Source: a virus
Lineage: Duplodnaviria; Caudoviricetes
Virus record (IMG/VR): IMGVR_UViG_3300022843_000014
Coordinates: 1-57,160 of that record
DNA: 57,160 nucleotides
Strand: one strand, 5' to 3'
Below the pieces are notes generated by a model. That model had not been told where the DNA came from. It ran no database searches and worked only from the letters and a program-made list of their open reading frames with translations. Below, piece after piece: positions 21,043 to 30,654 of this stretch. Each line of letters begins with the position of its first letter. Within the stretch, counting starts at the first letter, position 1. Both the position numbers and the translations under genes were made by a program.

Positions 21043-21328
21043 TAACACCTCACAAGTAAGAATAAACCTATTCTCACAGATCCACCAAATACTATTTTAT
21101 GGTAAGGGGGGTTATGATTACACCACTATATATAATATGCCTATTTGGTTGCGTAAATTCACTTATAATGAAATAAAATTATTTTATGATGAAGAGAATA
21201 AACCTAACGAACCATCATCTAGGGATAGTAAAGGAACTAAAAATCTAATAACCCCCGATGGTAAGATAAACACACCATCTTTTGCCGAAGCGAGTAAGGC
21301 ATATAAAGGTCAAACAAACTATAAGTAA
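21023..21328 (+). CDS. Frameshift-extension ORF of the tail chaperone (GT-like)
   Basis: Open +1 frame overlapping the chaperone end at a T7 run, with no ATG until about 40 codons in. Confidence 0.55.
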   Translation, partial: FFGLTSSNTSQVRINLFSQIHQILFYGKGGYDYTTIYNMPIWLRKFTYNEIKLFYDEENKPNEPSSRDSKGTKNLITPDGKINTPSFAEASKAYKGQTNYK

Positions 21329-21352
21329 TAATATTTATAATAAAAAATATTC

Positions 21353-23758
21353 ATGGCCACTCAACAGGAAATTGATAAAGCTCAAGAGCTTTTAAGGATT
21401 GAAGCCGAAAGGTTAAGAATTAAATCTAAACTAAATGAACTAGATGCCGATGCGGTTAGTCTTTCATCTGCTTTGGTTGACTCTGTTAAGGAAATGCAAG
21501 GCTCTATTTCAAAAAGAACTACTTTTGATCAAAGCTTACTTAAGATTAATAAACAGATTACAAATGAAATTTTAGGTCAAAAAAGTGGTTTAAGTGATAT
21601 AGGTGGTATACAAAAGCAAATAACCAGAAATGTAAATTTAATAAATCAAGCACAAAAAGTAACAAATGCCTTAATCACATCAATATCAGGTCCAGAATTA
21701 AATACACTTAATCAGGCAAAATCACAAGTACAAATACTAAGTGAACAAAAATTAATACAAGAAACTTTACTAAAAAATGCTGAAAAAGGGATACAAATTT
21801 CTAATGAAGCATATGACAACTCAATTGCAGCCCAAATAGCGGCAGAACTTGCACTAGAAATGGAAACCGCAAAACTAGGACCTTTAGGAAGACAAGCACT
21901 TTTCACAGCTCAAAACACCTCAGAATTAGAACGTCAAAATCAACTACGAAATGATGAAATAACCTTTATAAATACTATAAATGATAGTTTAGGGATTACA
22001 GGATCTTTACTAAAAGGGGCTGAAGGATTTTTAGGCAAGATAGGTTTAGGTGCCTTATCCTCAAGTTTAGGGTTTGATAAAATTAATGCAGATCTTAGAG
22101 AGTTTACAGAGAAGTTAGAAACAACAGAACCATCATTATCTGCTGCTGAAAAAAAGCAAAGAGTAATGAACCAGGGCTTTAAGCTTATGGGAGCATCTGT
22201 AAAAGACCTATTAACAGACCCTATAGCTATCCTATCATTATCCATAAAAGGTATATCAGTAATCGTGGGTAAAATAGCTGATGGGTTTAATAGAAGTCAG
22301 GTAACCACTGGAGATATAGCTAAAAATTTAAGTATTAGTAATGGTGAAGCTATGGGTATTACTCAAGGTATGATGGACGCTTCATTTGGTTCTGATAAAC
22401 TTTTTGTATCTAGTAAGGGTTTAGGTGAAACCTTAGTAGCTATAAATTCATCATTAGGGACATCCGTTGTTCTCTCAAATGAACAACTAGAAACCTTTAC
22501 TAAGTTAAGAGCAACAGCGGGATTGACTAATGATGAATTGATGGGAGTACAAAAGCTATCTTTGGCCAATGGTGAATCCTTTGATGATAATGCCAACAGT
22601 TTACTAAATCAGGTAAATGCTTTAAACGAATCTAGTGGTTTATATATTAACAATAAAGAAGTACTGAAAGAAGTAGGCAAACTTTCAGCGGCAACAACAC
22701 TTTCTCTGGGTAAAAATCCTAAGGCCCTAGCCGAAGCGGTTACAGTTGCAAAATCTTTAGGAATGGAAATGAGTAAGGTTGATGCAATAGCAGGTAGCTT
22801 GTTAGATTTTGAATCCTCTATTGAAAACGAGTTACAAGCTGAATTATTATTAAATAAGGATATTAATTTAGAAAAAGCAAGACAAGCAGCCTTAAACAAT
22901 GACTTTGCTACGGTAGCCCGGGAAATAGCAAACCAAGCAGGAAACTCAGCTGAATTCACTGCTATGAACAGAATTCAACAAGAATCTTTAGCCAAAGCTG
23001 TTGGTATGTCTCGTGATGATTTAGCAGAAACTTTATTTATGCAAGAAGCTATAGCAGGAGCTAGTGGGGATGAAGCAGAAAGAAGAGAAAAAGTTTTAAA
23101 TGCTAGAATAAAAGAAGTAGGTTTAGCACAAGCCCAAAAAGAAGCAGCAGATGGTGGTTTAAAAGCTATGTTAGATCAAGCAACAGCCTCCGAAAAGATG
23201 GAAGCTTCAATGGGTAAAATTAATGAATTATTTACGGCCACTGGTGCTATGTTTGCTCCCATTGTAGATATGTTTGCTAATGTTGCGGGTTTTATTATGT
23301 CATCTAAAGAAGGAATGACTGCTTTTGCTGGAATTCTAACAGGTGTTATAGCTTTTCTTAGTATTATGGCAGTAAAGGCAGCATCCGTAGCTGTTGCTTC
23401 TATTTTTACGGGTTCAATGGCTTTAGGGCCCATAGGTATCCCCTTAGCTATTGCGGGTGTAGCAGCATTAGTAGGAGGAATAGCAGCAGCATCATCAATT
23501 GGTGACATAAACTCACCAGCAGACGGAAAAACACAAATATCTACCAAAGAGGGTGGTTTATTTGAATTATCTAAAAATGATGATATAGTAGCATTCCCAG
23601 GAGCCTCTAAAATGGCTGCTAATACACCTAGTGGGGGTGCTACTACAGTAGTACAAGCACCTGAAAATAAAGAGACAAATTCCCTTTTAGCTCAACTGGT
23701 AATGCAAAACAAAAAACAACCTCAATTATCTGCAGTTGGGTTATACGAAGTACAATAA
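21353..23758 (+). CDS. Tape measure protein
   Basis: 801 aa, alpha-helical A/L/G-rich with C-terminal hydrophobic stretches; follows the chaperone. Confidence 0.8.
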   Translation: MATQQEIDKAQELLRIEAERLRIKSKLNELDADAVSLSSALVDSVKEMQGSISKRTTFDQSLLKINKQITNEILGQKSGLSDIGGIQKQITRNVNLINQAQKVTNALITSISGPELNTLNQAKSQVQILSEQKLIQETLLKNAEKGIQISNEAYDNSIAAQIAAELALEMETAKLGPLGRQALFTAQNTSELERQNQLRNDEITFINTINDSLGITGSLLKGAEGFLGKIGLGALSSSLGFDKINADLREFTEKLETTEPSLSAAEKKQRVMNQGFKLMGASVKDLLTDPIAILSLSIKGISVIVGKIADGFNRSQVTTGDIAKNLSISNGEAMGITQGMMDASFGSDKLFVSSKGLGETLVAINSSLGTSVVLSNEQLETFTKLRATAGLTNDELMGVQKLSLANGESFDDNANSLLNQVNALNESSGLYINNKEVLKEVGKLSAATTLSLGKNPKALAEAVTVAKSLGMEMSKVDAIAGSLLDFESSIENELQAELLLNKDINLEKARQAALNNDFATVAREIANQAGNSAEFTAMNRIQQESLAKAVGMSRDDLAETLFMQEAIAGASGDEAERREKVLNARIKEVGLAQAQKEAADGGLKAMLDQATASEKMEASMGKINELFTATGAMFAPIVDMFANVAGFIMSSKEGMTAFAGILTGVIAFLSIMAVKAASVAVASIFTGSMALGPIGIPLAIAGVAALVGGIAAASSIGDINSPADGKTQISTKEGGLFELSKNDDIVAFPGASKMAANTPSGGATTVVQAPENKETNSLLAQLVMQNKKQPQLSAVGLYEVQ

Positions 23759-23785
23759 TTTAATATTTATAATAAAAACATACTT

Positions 23786-24013
23786 ATGAGCTTATTAAAC
23801 AAATTATTATCGGGTCAAGCAGTATCAACAAGTTTGAATGGTACAACCCCACCTCGACCAAATTTTCAACAGTCTACTTTACATAAAGAGTATTCTACTA
23901 TTGGTAATCCATCATCTACTTCTGTAAGACCACTAAATGGAGTTTTACCACAACCTTCAAATTTAGAAGGTCCGGCAACACCACCAAGATATTTAAATAA
24001 TCTTCCACGCTAA
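23786..24013 (+). CDS. Small Pro-rich virion-module protein
   Basis: Own TATTTATA motif at 23764; in the baseplate region. Confidence 0.5.
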   Translation: MSLLNKLLSGQAVSTSLNGTTPPRPNFQQSTLHKEYSTIGNPSSTSVRPLNGVLPQPSNLEGPATPPRYLNNLPR

Positions 24014-24022
24014 CATTAAAAC

Positions 24023-26170
24023 ATGGGTTTAGTTAATATGACAACCAACCTTAAATCATTAAGGTATGGTAAAGACACACTTGGAGGAGGTAATAGCAAC
24101 CAACCTTATATAAAAAGCAACATCCCAGATAACATTTCTGATGTAGGAAGAACGGGGGGTCCGGATTTTTTATTAAGAGGAGGTACACTATTACCTAAAA
24201 TAACAGCAAACGACGTTTCGAGGATGACTCAAATGTTTTTTGATTTTAAATCTCCTAGAGGTCCTTTATTTATTGCAAAACAAAACATATTATCTTTAAC
24301 CAATGTTAATTCAAGTGCGGGTTATGAACCTTTTCAAACAACAACAAACCCTGGATTTTTTGGTGCCATAGGTTCATTTATAAGAAATAATATCTCCATA
24401 AACCAAGGAATATATACTCCTTTATCTACAATAGGTCAAGCAGCGGGTAACGCATTGGGGGTACATCTAAACAAGCAAGGTCTAAATCCTCTTATTAAAA
24501 CATCACCCAGCTCTCCTAACGGTAATTCTCCTTTAGGTTTACCCACTTATTTAAATACTATTTTTACTGGTGGTACTGAGGGTAATAAAAGTAGACTTGA
24601 ACCTCTGTTAGACAAAATCAACAATACAAAAGGAGATAATGTATTATACACATATAGCGGTGGACCTGGTGCAATTTTAGGAGTTGGACGAACTAACATT
24701 GTAATGTTAGGAGACCAAAGAACAGGTGTAAATAACAACACAAACAACACAGAACTACAATATACATATCGCTCTAATTCTCCCATAAATCTTAATACTT
24801 TAGTTAGTGGTATTACTACTACTAACCTTCAAGTACTCTCCCAAAACATTAAAATAAATAGTGGGGAAATAAAATATAATAGTAGTATATATACTCCTGG
24901 TCTAAACAAAACCAAAAACATATCGGACATCCAATCTACCTATGGTGCGTCCACAATGTACTTTTCTACCTTATTACCTACAAGTCAAGCACGTTATATA
25001 GGAGCAAATAACATATTTAATAATGATGGTGTTACCCCTATATTTCCTAGTGTATATCAACCTGGAACATTATTAAAATCAAACAATAGTAAATTAACAA
25101 GTGGTGTAGGAAATATCCTCCTACCACAGGTATTTACTCAAGAACAAGTTAATGAAGCAATACCCTTTAGTAAAAACCAAGACCCAACCAGAGAGGGTGG
25201 AGGAGGTTTTAGTAAATTATTATTCCCTACTGGCTCAGAACAAATACCTAACTCATTATCATATTTAAATAAAAATATAGAGTCACGAGTAAACTTAGGA
25301 GATCCTGGTAGAAGAGGTAACCTAAAAAGTTACACTATTGGTAAAAGAGTAATAGGGGGGTCAAATTTAAGAGACACAGTAGAAGGCAACTCTGAATACA
25401 AACATGCACTAGATAAAATAAACGCCTACCCCTTATACCAGTCCGGGGGTGTAACGGGTGACAATGTTAAGAACGACTTAGTTAAATTTAGAATAGGTGT
25501 AATATCCAACACAGACCCTTCTAAGAAAACTTATATCCATTTTAGGGCATTTATAGATAGTTTCGGAGACAACTACTCAGCAGATTGGAAATCCCAATCT
25601 TACATGGGTAGGGGAGAAAAATTCTATAAATATGGGGGGTTTGACAGACAAGTAAGTATGGCTTGGACTGTAGCAGCCCAATCAAAGCAAGAGCTTATAC
25701 CAATGTATCAAAAACTAAATTACTTAGCATCTGTATGTGCTCCCGACTATTCAACAAACACGGGGTATATGCAAGGAAATCTTATTACATTAACTGTAGG
25801 AGGATATTTATATGAGCAAGTAGGAATTATGACTGGGATTAATTTTGATATCCCTCAAGAATCACCTTGGGAGGTAGGAATACCTGGTGGTAGTAATAAT
25901 ACCTCTATAGGGGGAGAAGGTAATGAAATATCTACTGACCCTTCTGTTAAAGAGATGCCTATGATTATTAAAGTATCAGGTTTTAATTTTATCCCCATTC
26001 ACAATTTCGTACCTAGAGTACAACAGAATAAATTTACCAAAGGTAAACCAATAGAAGCAGGTGGAACATTTGTTGGAGAATACGGAAAAGAACATTATAT
26101 TAACCTTGCCGCGGCAACAGGAAATAATTATGAAGGTGATAAACAAAATTTAAATTACATCCCTAAATAA
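24023..26170 (+). CDS. Baseplate/tail-tube initiator-like protein
   Basis: C-terminal HFRAFIDSF...YMGRGEKFYKYGGF domain; after tape measure. Confidence 0.55.
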   Translation: MGLVNMTTNLKSLRYGKDTLGGGNSNQPYIKSNIPDNISDVGRTGGPDFLLRGGTLLPKITANDVSRMTQMFFDFKSPRGPLFIAKQNILSLTNVNSSAGYEPFQTTTNPGFFGAIGSFIRNNISINQGIYTPLSTIGQAAGNALGVHLNKQGLNPLIKTSPSSPNGNSPLGLPTYLNTIFTGGTEGNKSRLEPLLDKINNTKGDNVLYTYSGGPGAILGVGRTNIVMLGDQRTGVNNNTNNTELQYTYRSNSPINLNTLVSGITTTNLQVLSQNIKINSGEIKYNSSIYTPGLNKTKNISDIQSTYGASTMYFSTLLPTSQARYIGANNIFNNDGVTPIFPSVYQPGTLLKSNNSKLTSGVGNILLPQVFTQEQVNEAIPFSKNQDPTREGGGGFSKLLFPTGSEQIPNSLSYLNKNIESRVNLGDPGRRGNLKSYTIGKRVIGGSNLRDTVEGNSEYKHALDKINAYPLYQSGGVTGDNVKNDLVKFRIGVISNTDPSKKTYIHFRAFIDSFGDNYSADWKSQSYMGRGEKFYKYGGFDRQVSMAWTVAAQSKQELIPMYQKLNYLASVCAPDYSTNTGYMQGNLITLTVGGYLYEQVGIMTGINFDIPQESPWEVGIPGGSNNTSIGGEGNEISTDPSVKEMPMIIKVSGFNFIPIHNFVPRVQQNKFTKGKPIEAGGTFVGEYGKEHYINLAAATGNNYEGDKQNLNYIPK

Positions 26171-26175
26171 TAAAA

Positions 26176-26496
26176 ATGAATAGATATAATAGAATACCAA
26201 TACTAAATAGAAAAACACCACAAGGTTCAAATGGTAAACCTTATTATAGGGGAGTAAAATATCCTCAAATCCCCCTGAATTTTTCAGATATATATGTATA
26301 CTCTGAAGAAGGAGATAGGTTTGATATTTTAGCCCAACAATATTATAATGATTCTTCACTTTGGTGGATTATCACAACTGCTAATACCTTTTTAAAACAA
26401 GATTCATATTATATACCATTAGGAATTCAGATTAGAATTCCTACTAATATCGGAGCTATACAAGCAGATTATAATTTATTAAATGGAGTAATATAA
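26176..26496 (+). CDS. Baseplate wedge LysM-like protein (gp53/tail X-like)
   Basis: EGDRFDILAQQYYNDSSLWWII..AN...G.QIRIP pattern. Confidence 0.8.
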   Translation: MNRYNRIPILNRKTPQGSNGKPYYRGVKYPQIPLNFSDIYVYSEEGDRFDILAQQYYNDSSLWWIITTANTFLKQDSYYIPLGIQIRIPTNIGAIQADYNLLNGVI

Positions 26497-26502
26497 AAAG
26501 TT

Positions 26503-29500
26503 ATGGGAAACTTAGTAGGAGAATCATTTGATGATTTTGTAAGGGAGCAAATAGACATGCGTCAACGAACTGCTGGTAGAGGCTTTAATGATGATTTTAG
26601 AACCGTTGATCAGTTACAAGTTCAAAACAACCAAAATGCTTGGTTAAAATTATCTTCTTCTGTTAGGTTTATAACAGCTGAAAAGATGATAGCTGAGTTA
26701 AAAAAAGTAGACGAGGGGCTTGATATAACAAAGTTCGGTAATAGAATAGATGGGGAAAGAAGGCTAGGAGATATAGGCCTTACTACTCCTTCTGACTACA
26801 TGGATGAAAAGCTGGCTAAAAAAGCAGTCCTATTTAACTCCTTATCAAATTTAGAATCCACAAGTTATACATTTAGATCTGGTGTATCCACTGATAACAG
26901 TGTATGGAACAATAGTGCTTATGGGTTAGGTGGCACTTCACAAGGTCTAGCCCCACCCCCAGGATTAATAGATGCTAATATAGAGGCTATAAACCGGGGT
27001 TCTATTAGAAAGGCAGTAGTTAACATAAAAGCATACAACACTTTTCAATTCCAATTAATTGAATTACTTTATATAAGATTGGGGTATTCCATGCTATTAG
27101 AATGGGGTAATGATAAATTTATAAATAATAAAGGTGAGTTACAACGGATGGGTAACACACTGGCTGAGGATATATGGTTTAATAATACCACCACTTATAA
27201 TTTTACAAAACTTATAAAAGCAGTTGGTAGATATAGGGAAATATATCAGGGGAATTATGATGGTTTCATTGGTAAAGTTTCTAACTTTAGTTGGAATTTT
27301 GACCCCGATGGAACTTACAATATTACATTAAATTTAATATCGGTTGGAGATGTTATAGAATCTCTAAAAATAAACCTCCCCTCAAAATTTAAAATATTAT
27401 CTGACATAAACAATCGTGTTAAGTCATTTACACAAGCCGTTAACTCCCCTAACATATCTGAAACTTCCATGGTTACTAATGCTGGTACGTCTCCTCTAGC
27501 CTATGATTTGTTTACAGATATTATTACCGGGGAGGGAAAATGGAATCAAGAAGGTAGTAATTATTTAAATTTATTTTCCTCTTTAAAGAGTGATAACGTA
27601 GGTGCACTATTGGACATAAAATCAGAAGCAAAAAAACAAGAAGAAGGAGAAGGTGTAAATATCGATAGATATAGTTATTTTCTAACCTTAGGTGAACTAT
27701 TAGCGAAGATAAACAAATTCACTATCCCATCAGTATCGGGGGAGGGAATGATAAATATAGAGGTTAATGAAGATGAAATGATAATGACATCTTACCCTAA
27801 TCAGATTTCATTGGATCCTAGAGTAGCATTAGTAAAGCCAAAGTTTTTAGAATCTTTAACTCTAAACAACCAAACTGACCTTCATAATAATGATGATGGT
27901 ATAAAAACATACTGGGGGTTTATTAAGCAGATGAAGGAATGGAACAAAGAGGAAGGAGTAGTCATATATGGGCAAATTTTAAATATCTATCTGAATTATG
28001 ATTTTGTTTCTAGTCTTTTAGAAAAACAAACAATTAAAGGAGAAATATATTTATTTAAATTTTTACAAGGTATATGCGAAGGAATAAACAATGCATTAGG
28101 GGGAATACCTAATTTAGAACCTGTTATACTGGGGGATAATATAGTTACAATCCAAGATCAAAATAAAATCAAAGGTATTGAAAATATTGAGAAGTTTAAG
28201 GATAGATTTACGGATGATGTAGCCTTTGAGTTGTTTGGATACAACCTCACATCAAAGGTAATAACATCCAATATTGTTAGAGAATTTGGATTTAAAACAA
28301 ACATAACCCCAGAACTTTCTGCTATGATATCCATAGGAGCAACAGCTAACGGTACTGATACTAAAAACTATGATGCAACTGCTTTTTCTAATTGGAATTC
28401 GGGGTTAAGAGATCAATTCCAACAAAACTATAAAGACCCTCAAACAGAAGATCAAAGTAAAAATGATGCTTTAAGTGAGAAGTTTTTCCCACTTACCGCA
28501 GACCAAGTAAATATCTTATATACTCATTTTGAATCACTACCCCCAGTCAAATATTTTTCGATTTCCCAATTGAAAATGCGCACTAACAACCAAAAGACTT
28601 ATAAATTTGATAAAAAAGCTACAGGTCGAAGAGACATCAAAGTTTGCCCCGTTACGGGTGAAAGATATGGTGATACTTTATGGAGAGATTATGTAGATTC
28701 CGTAATAAAGTATCTTAATGACAAAGCATCCCAAGCCGTAGTAGAAGAACCATTAAAGACTTTTAGTGATAATTATATTCATTATTTAGTTCAAGGATTT
28801 AGGGGAAAAATAAATGGGAATGTGGTACGGAATAATTATTATTTTCATTTAAATGACGAATATATTAAACAGGGTCAACAATGTTTTAAGGGGTATGTTA
28901 ATATAGTAGATAATGCAATATATGCTGCTACGGGTTCACCTTCTACAAAAATTGGATTTATTCCTATTAGTTTAGATTTAACTTGTAATGGTATTAGTGG
29001 TATAAAAATATACCAAAAACTAAATATTAGACAAGACTTTTTACCTCCACAATACCCAAATGCCCTAGAATTTTTAATTACTAAAGTCAACCATAATATT
29101 TCGAATAATGATTGGTCAACTTCACTATCTACAGTATCAACACCAAAAACTAAAGAACAACCTTTACCTGAATTCCTTAATTCTGTAGTAAAAACAGTAA
29201 CTGAAAACTTAGCAGATGAACCTATTACTTTCACAACCACAACCACAACCCCAGGGACTGATCCATTTTCAAAGTCTAGAAATCTACTCGTAAATAGAAT
29301 AAATGGCAAACTCCAGGATAGTGATTTAATATCTATAGACAACCCATCAAAATATAATACTAGCGTAAACCAAAGTGATAATAGAAAAATTCGTATGATA
29401 CCCGGAGCGGCATTAGCCATGAATAATTTATTGAAGGGTGCAGAAGCCGCAGGTATAGTTCTCAAAATAAATTCTTCATATAGAACCTATCGTGACCAAC

Positions 29501-29754
29501 TAAGAGTCTATAGAGACAACTGCTCTAATACCGACCCAACAACAAGATGTATCGTTATAGGAGGCAAAAAGCTAGCAGCAATTCCAGGCACTTCAAACCA
29601 TGGTTGGGGTAGAGCAGTAGATTTTGCAAATGCCTCAGCAACCCTAGTAACATTTGGTACAAAGGAATATGAGTGGTTAATGACCTATGCACCCGGGTAC
29701 GGCTATAAAAGAATAAAAGCGGAAACATGGCATTTTGAGTATCAAAACCAATAA
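26503..29754 (+). CDS. Baseplate hub-like protein with C-terminal peptidase M15 (VanY-like) domain
   Basis: C-terminal SSYRT, PGTSNHGWGRAVD and ETWHFEY zinc-peptidase motifs. Confidence 0.8.
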   Translation: MGNLVGESFDDFVREQIDMRQRTAGRGFNDDFRTVDQLQVQNNQNAWLKLSSSVRFITAEKMIAELKKVDEGLDITKFGNRIDGERRLGDIGLTTPSDYMDEKLAKKAVLFNSLSNLESTSYTFRSGVSTDNSVWNNSAYGLGGTSQGLAPPPGLIDANIEAINRGSIRKAVVNIKAYNTFQFQLIELLYIRLGYSMLLEWGNDKFINNKGELQRMGNTLAEDIWFNNTTTYNFTKLIKAVGRYREIYQGNYDGFIGKVSNFSWNFDPDGTYNITLNLISVGDVIESLKINLPSKFKILSDINNRVKSFTQAVNSPNISETSMVTNAGTSPLAYDLFTDIITGEGKWNQEGSNYLNLFSSLKSDNVGALLDIKSEAKKQEEGEGVNIDRYSYFLTLGELLAKINKFTIPSVSGEGMINIEVNEDEMIMTSYPNQISLDPRVALVKPKFLESLTLNNQTDLHNNDDGIKTYWGFIKQMKEWNKEEGVVIYGQILNIYLNYDFVSSLLEKQTIKGEIYLFKFLQGICEGINNALGGIPNLEPVILGDNIVTIQDQNKIKGIENIEKFKDRFTDDVAFELFGYNLTSKVITSNIVREFGFKTNITPELSAMISIGATANGTDTKNYDATAFSNWNSGLRDQFQQNYKDPQTEDQSKNDALSEKFFPLTADQVNILYTHFESLPPVKYFSISQLKMRTNNQKTYKFDKKATGRRDIKVCPVTGERYGDTLWRDYVDSVIKYLNDKASQAVVEEPLKTFSDNYIHYLVQGFRGKINGNVVRNNYYFHLNDEYIKQGQQCFKGYVNIVDNAIYAATGSPSTKIGFIPISLDLTCNGISGIKIYQKLNIRQDFLPPQYPNALEFLITKVNHNISNNDWSTSLSTVSTPKTKEQPLPEFLNSVVKTVTENLADEPITFTTTTTTPGTDPFSKSRNLLVNRINGKLQDSDLISIDNPSKYNTSVNQSDNRKIRMIPGAALAMNNLLKGAEAAGIVLKINSSYRTYRDQLRVYRDNCSNTDPTTRCIVIGGKKLAAIPGTSNHGWGRAVDFANASATLVTFGTKEYEWLMTYAPGYGYKRIKAETWHFEYQNQ

Positions 29755-29772
29755 ACATAACAAAAACAACAA

Positions 29773-30618
29773 ATGTATTACCCACTATCCCAAATAACAC
29801 CAAATTTAACTTCTAATGGAGAATTTTCTCTACTAAGTAATGGGAATACCTATATAGGAAATTATTATGCAACCTCTGATGGAAATTATTATACTGGTAA
29901 CACCCCCCAATCGGGTCCTAACGAACCATTAGCTCTTAAAGAGATAAATAACCAACAAATAGACCAATTTGGGAATACATCATTGTCTAGTGGAATCGTA
30001 GCTCCACTAAGATATCAAAACTCTATATCTATCCCTATGTCCCAAGCTCTACCACCCTCTACGATTACCCCTTACCCAACAAAAGAGGAATATAATACCG
30101 GAGAATTTGTAAGATATTTTTTAAAGAAAACAAACACCCCCTTGTATCTAGAGGTAAATAAACAAACTTATAATAATTATAATTCAAAACTCCCAAGTAC
30201 TCAACATCAAATATTTATACCCTTTAGAATTAATTGGGAACTTAAGGGTAACCCCATTGAGGTTTATAGGACAAACAAAAACATAGTTTTGTTAACCGAA
30301 ACCCAACAAAATTTATTTGGTTTTGATTTTTATTTTAAAGGTAAATTTGTGAAGTATTTTGTACCAACACCATCAAATTTTTACAACACAACTGGAGGAG
30401 AACTAAAAGTAGAAACCACTAATGACAATTATGCCGGTTTTTACCATGTTAATTCTAATCGAGGTATAATAATGGAAGGTAAATCCCATAAACCAACATT
30501 ACACAATACTCTTATTCCTTTTGAGGAGGGTGAAGTAGCGGGTAAGGTTAAAATGGGTATGGGTAATGAAGTAGGAACATCAATACGTAAAAACACCCCG
30601 AGAAATAGTGGATACTAG
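29773..30618 (+). CDS. Hypothetical virion/baseplate-module protein
   Basis: Last ORF of the structural block; repeated Y.G.YH/Y.G.YY motifs. Confidence 0.5.
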   Translation: MYYPLSQITPNLTSNGEFSLLSNGNTYIGNYYATSDGNYYTGNTPQSGPNEPLALKEINNQQIDQFGNTSLSSGIVAPLRYQNSISIPMSQALPPSTITPYPTKEEYNTGEFVRYFLKKTNTPLYLEVNKQTYNNYNSKLPSTQHQIFIPFRINWELKGNPIEVYRTNKNIVLLTETQQNLFGFDFYFKGKFVKYFVPTPSNFYNTTGGELKVETTNDNYAGFYHVNSNRGIIMEGKSHKPTLHNTLIPFEEGEVAGKVKMGMGNEVGTSIRKNTPRNSGY

Positions 30619-30654
30619 ATAAAGAGGTCATATATTGACGTCTAAATAGGTTAT

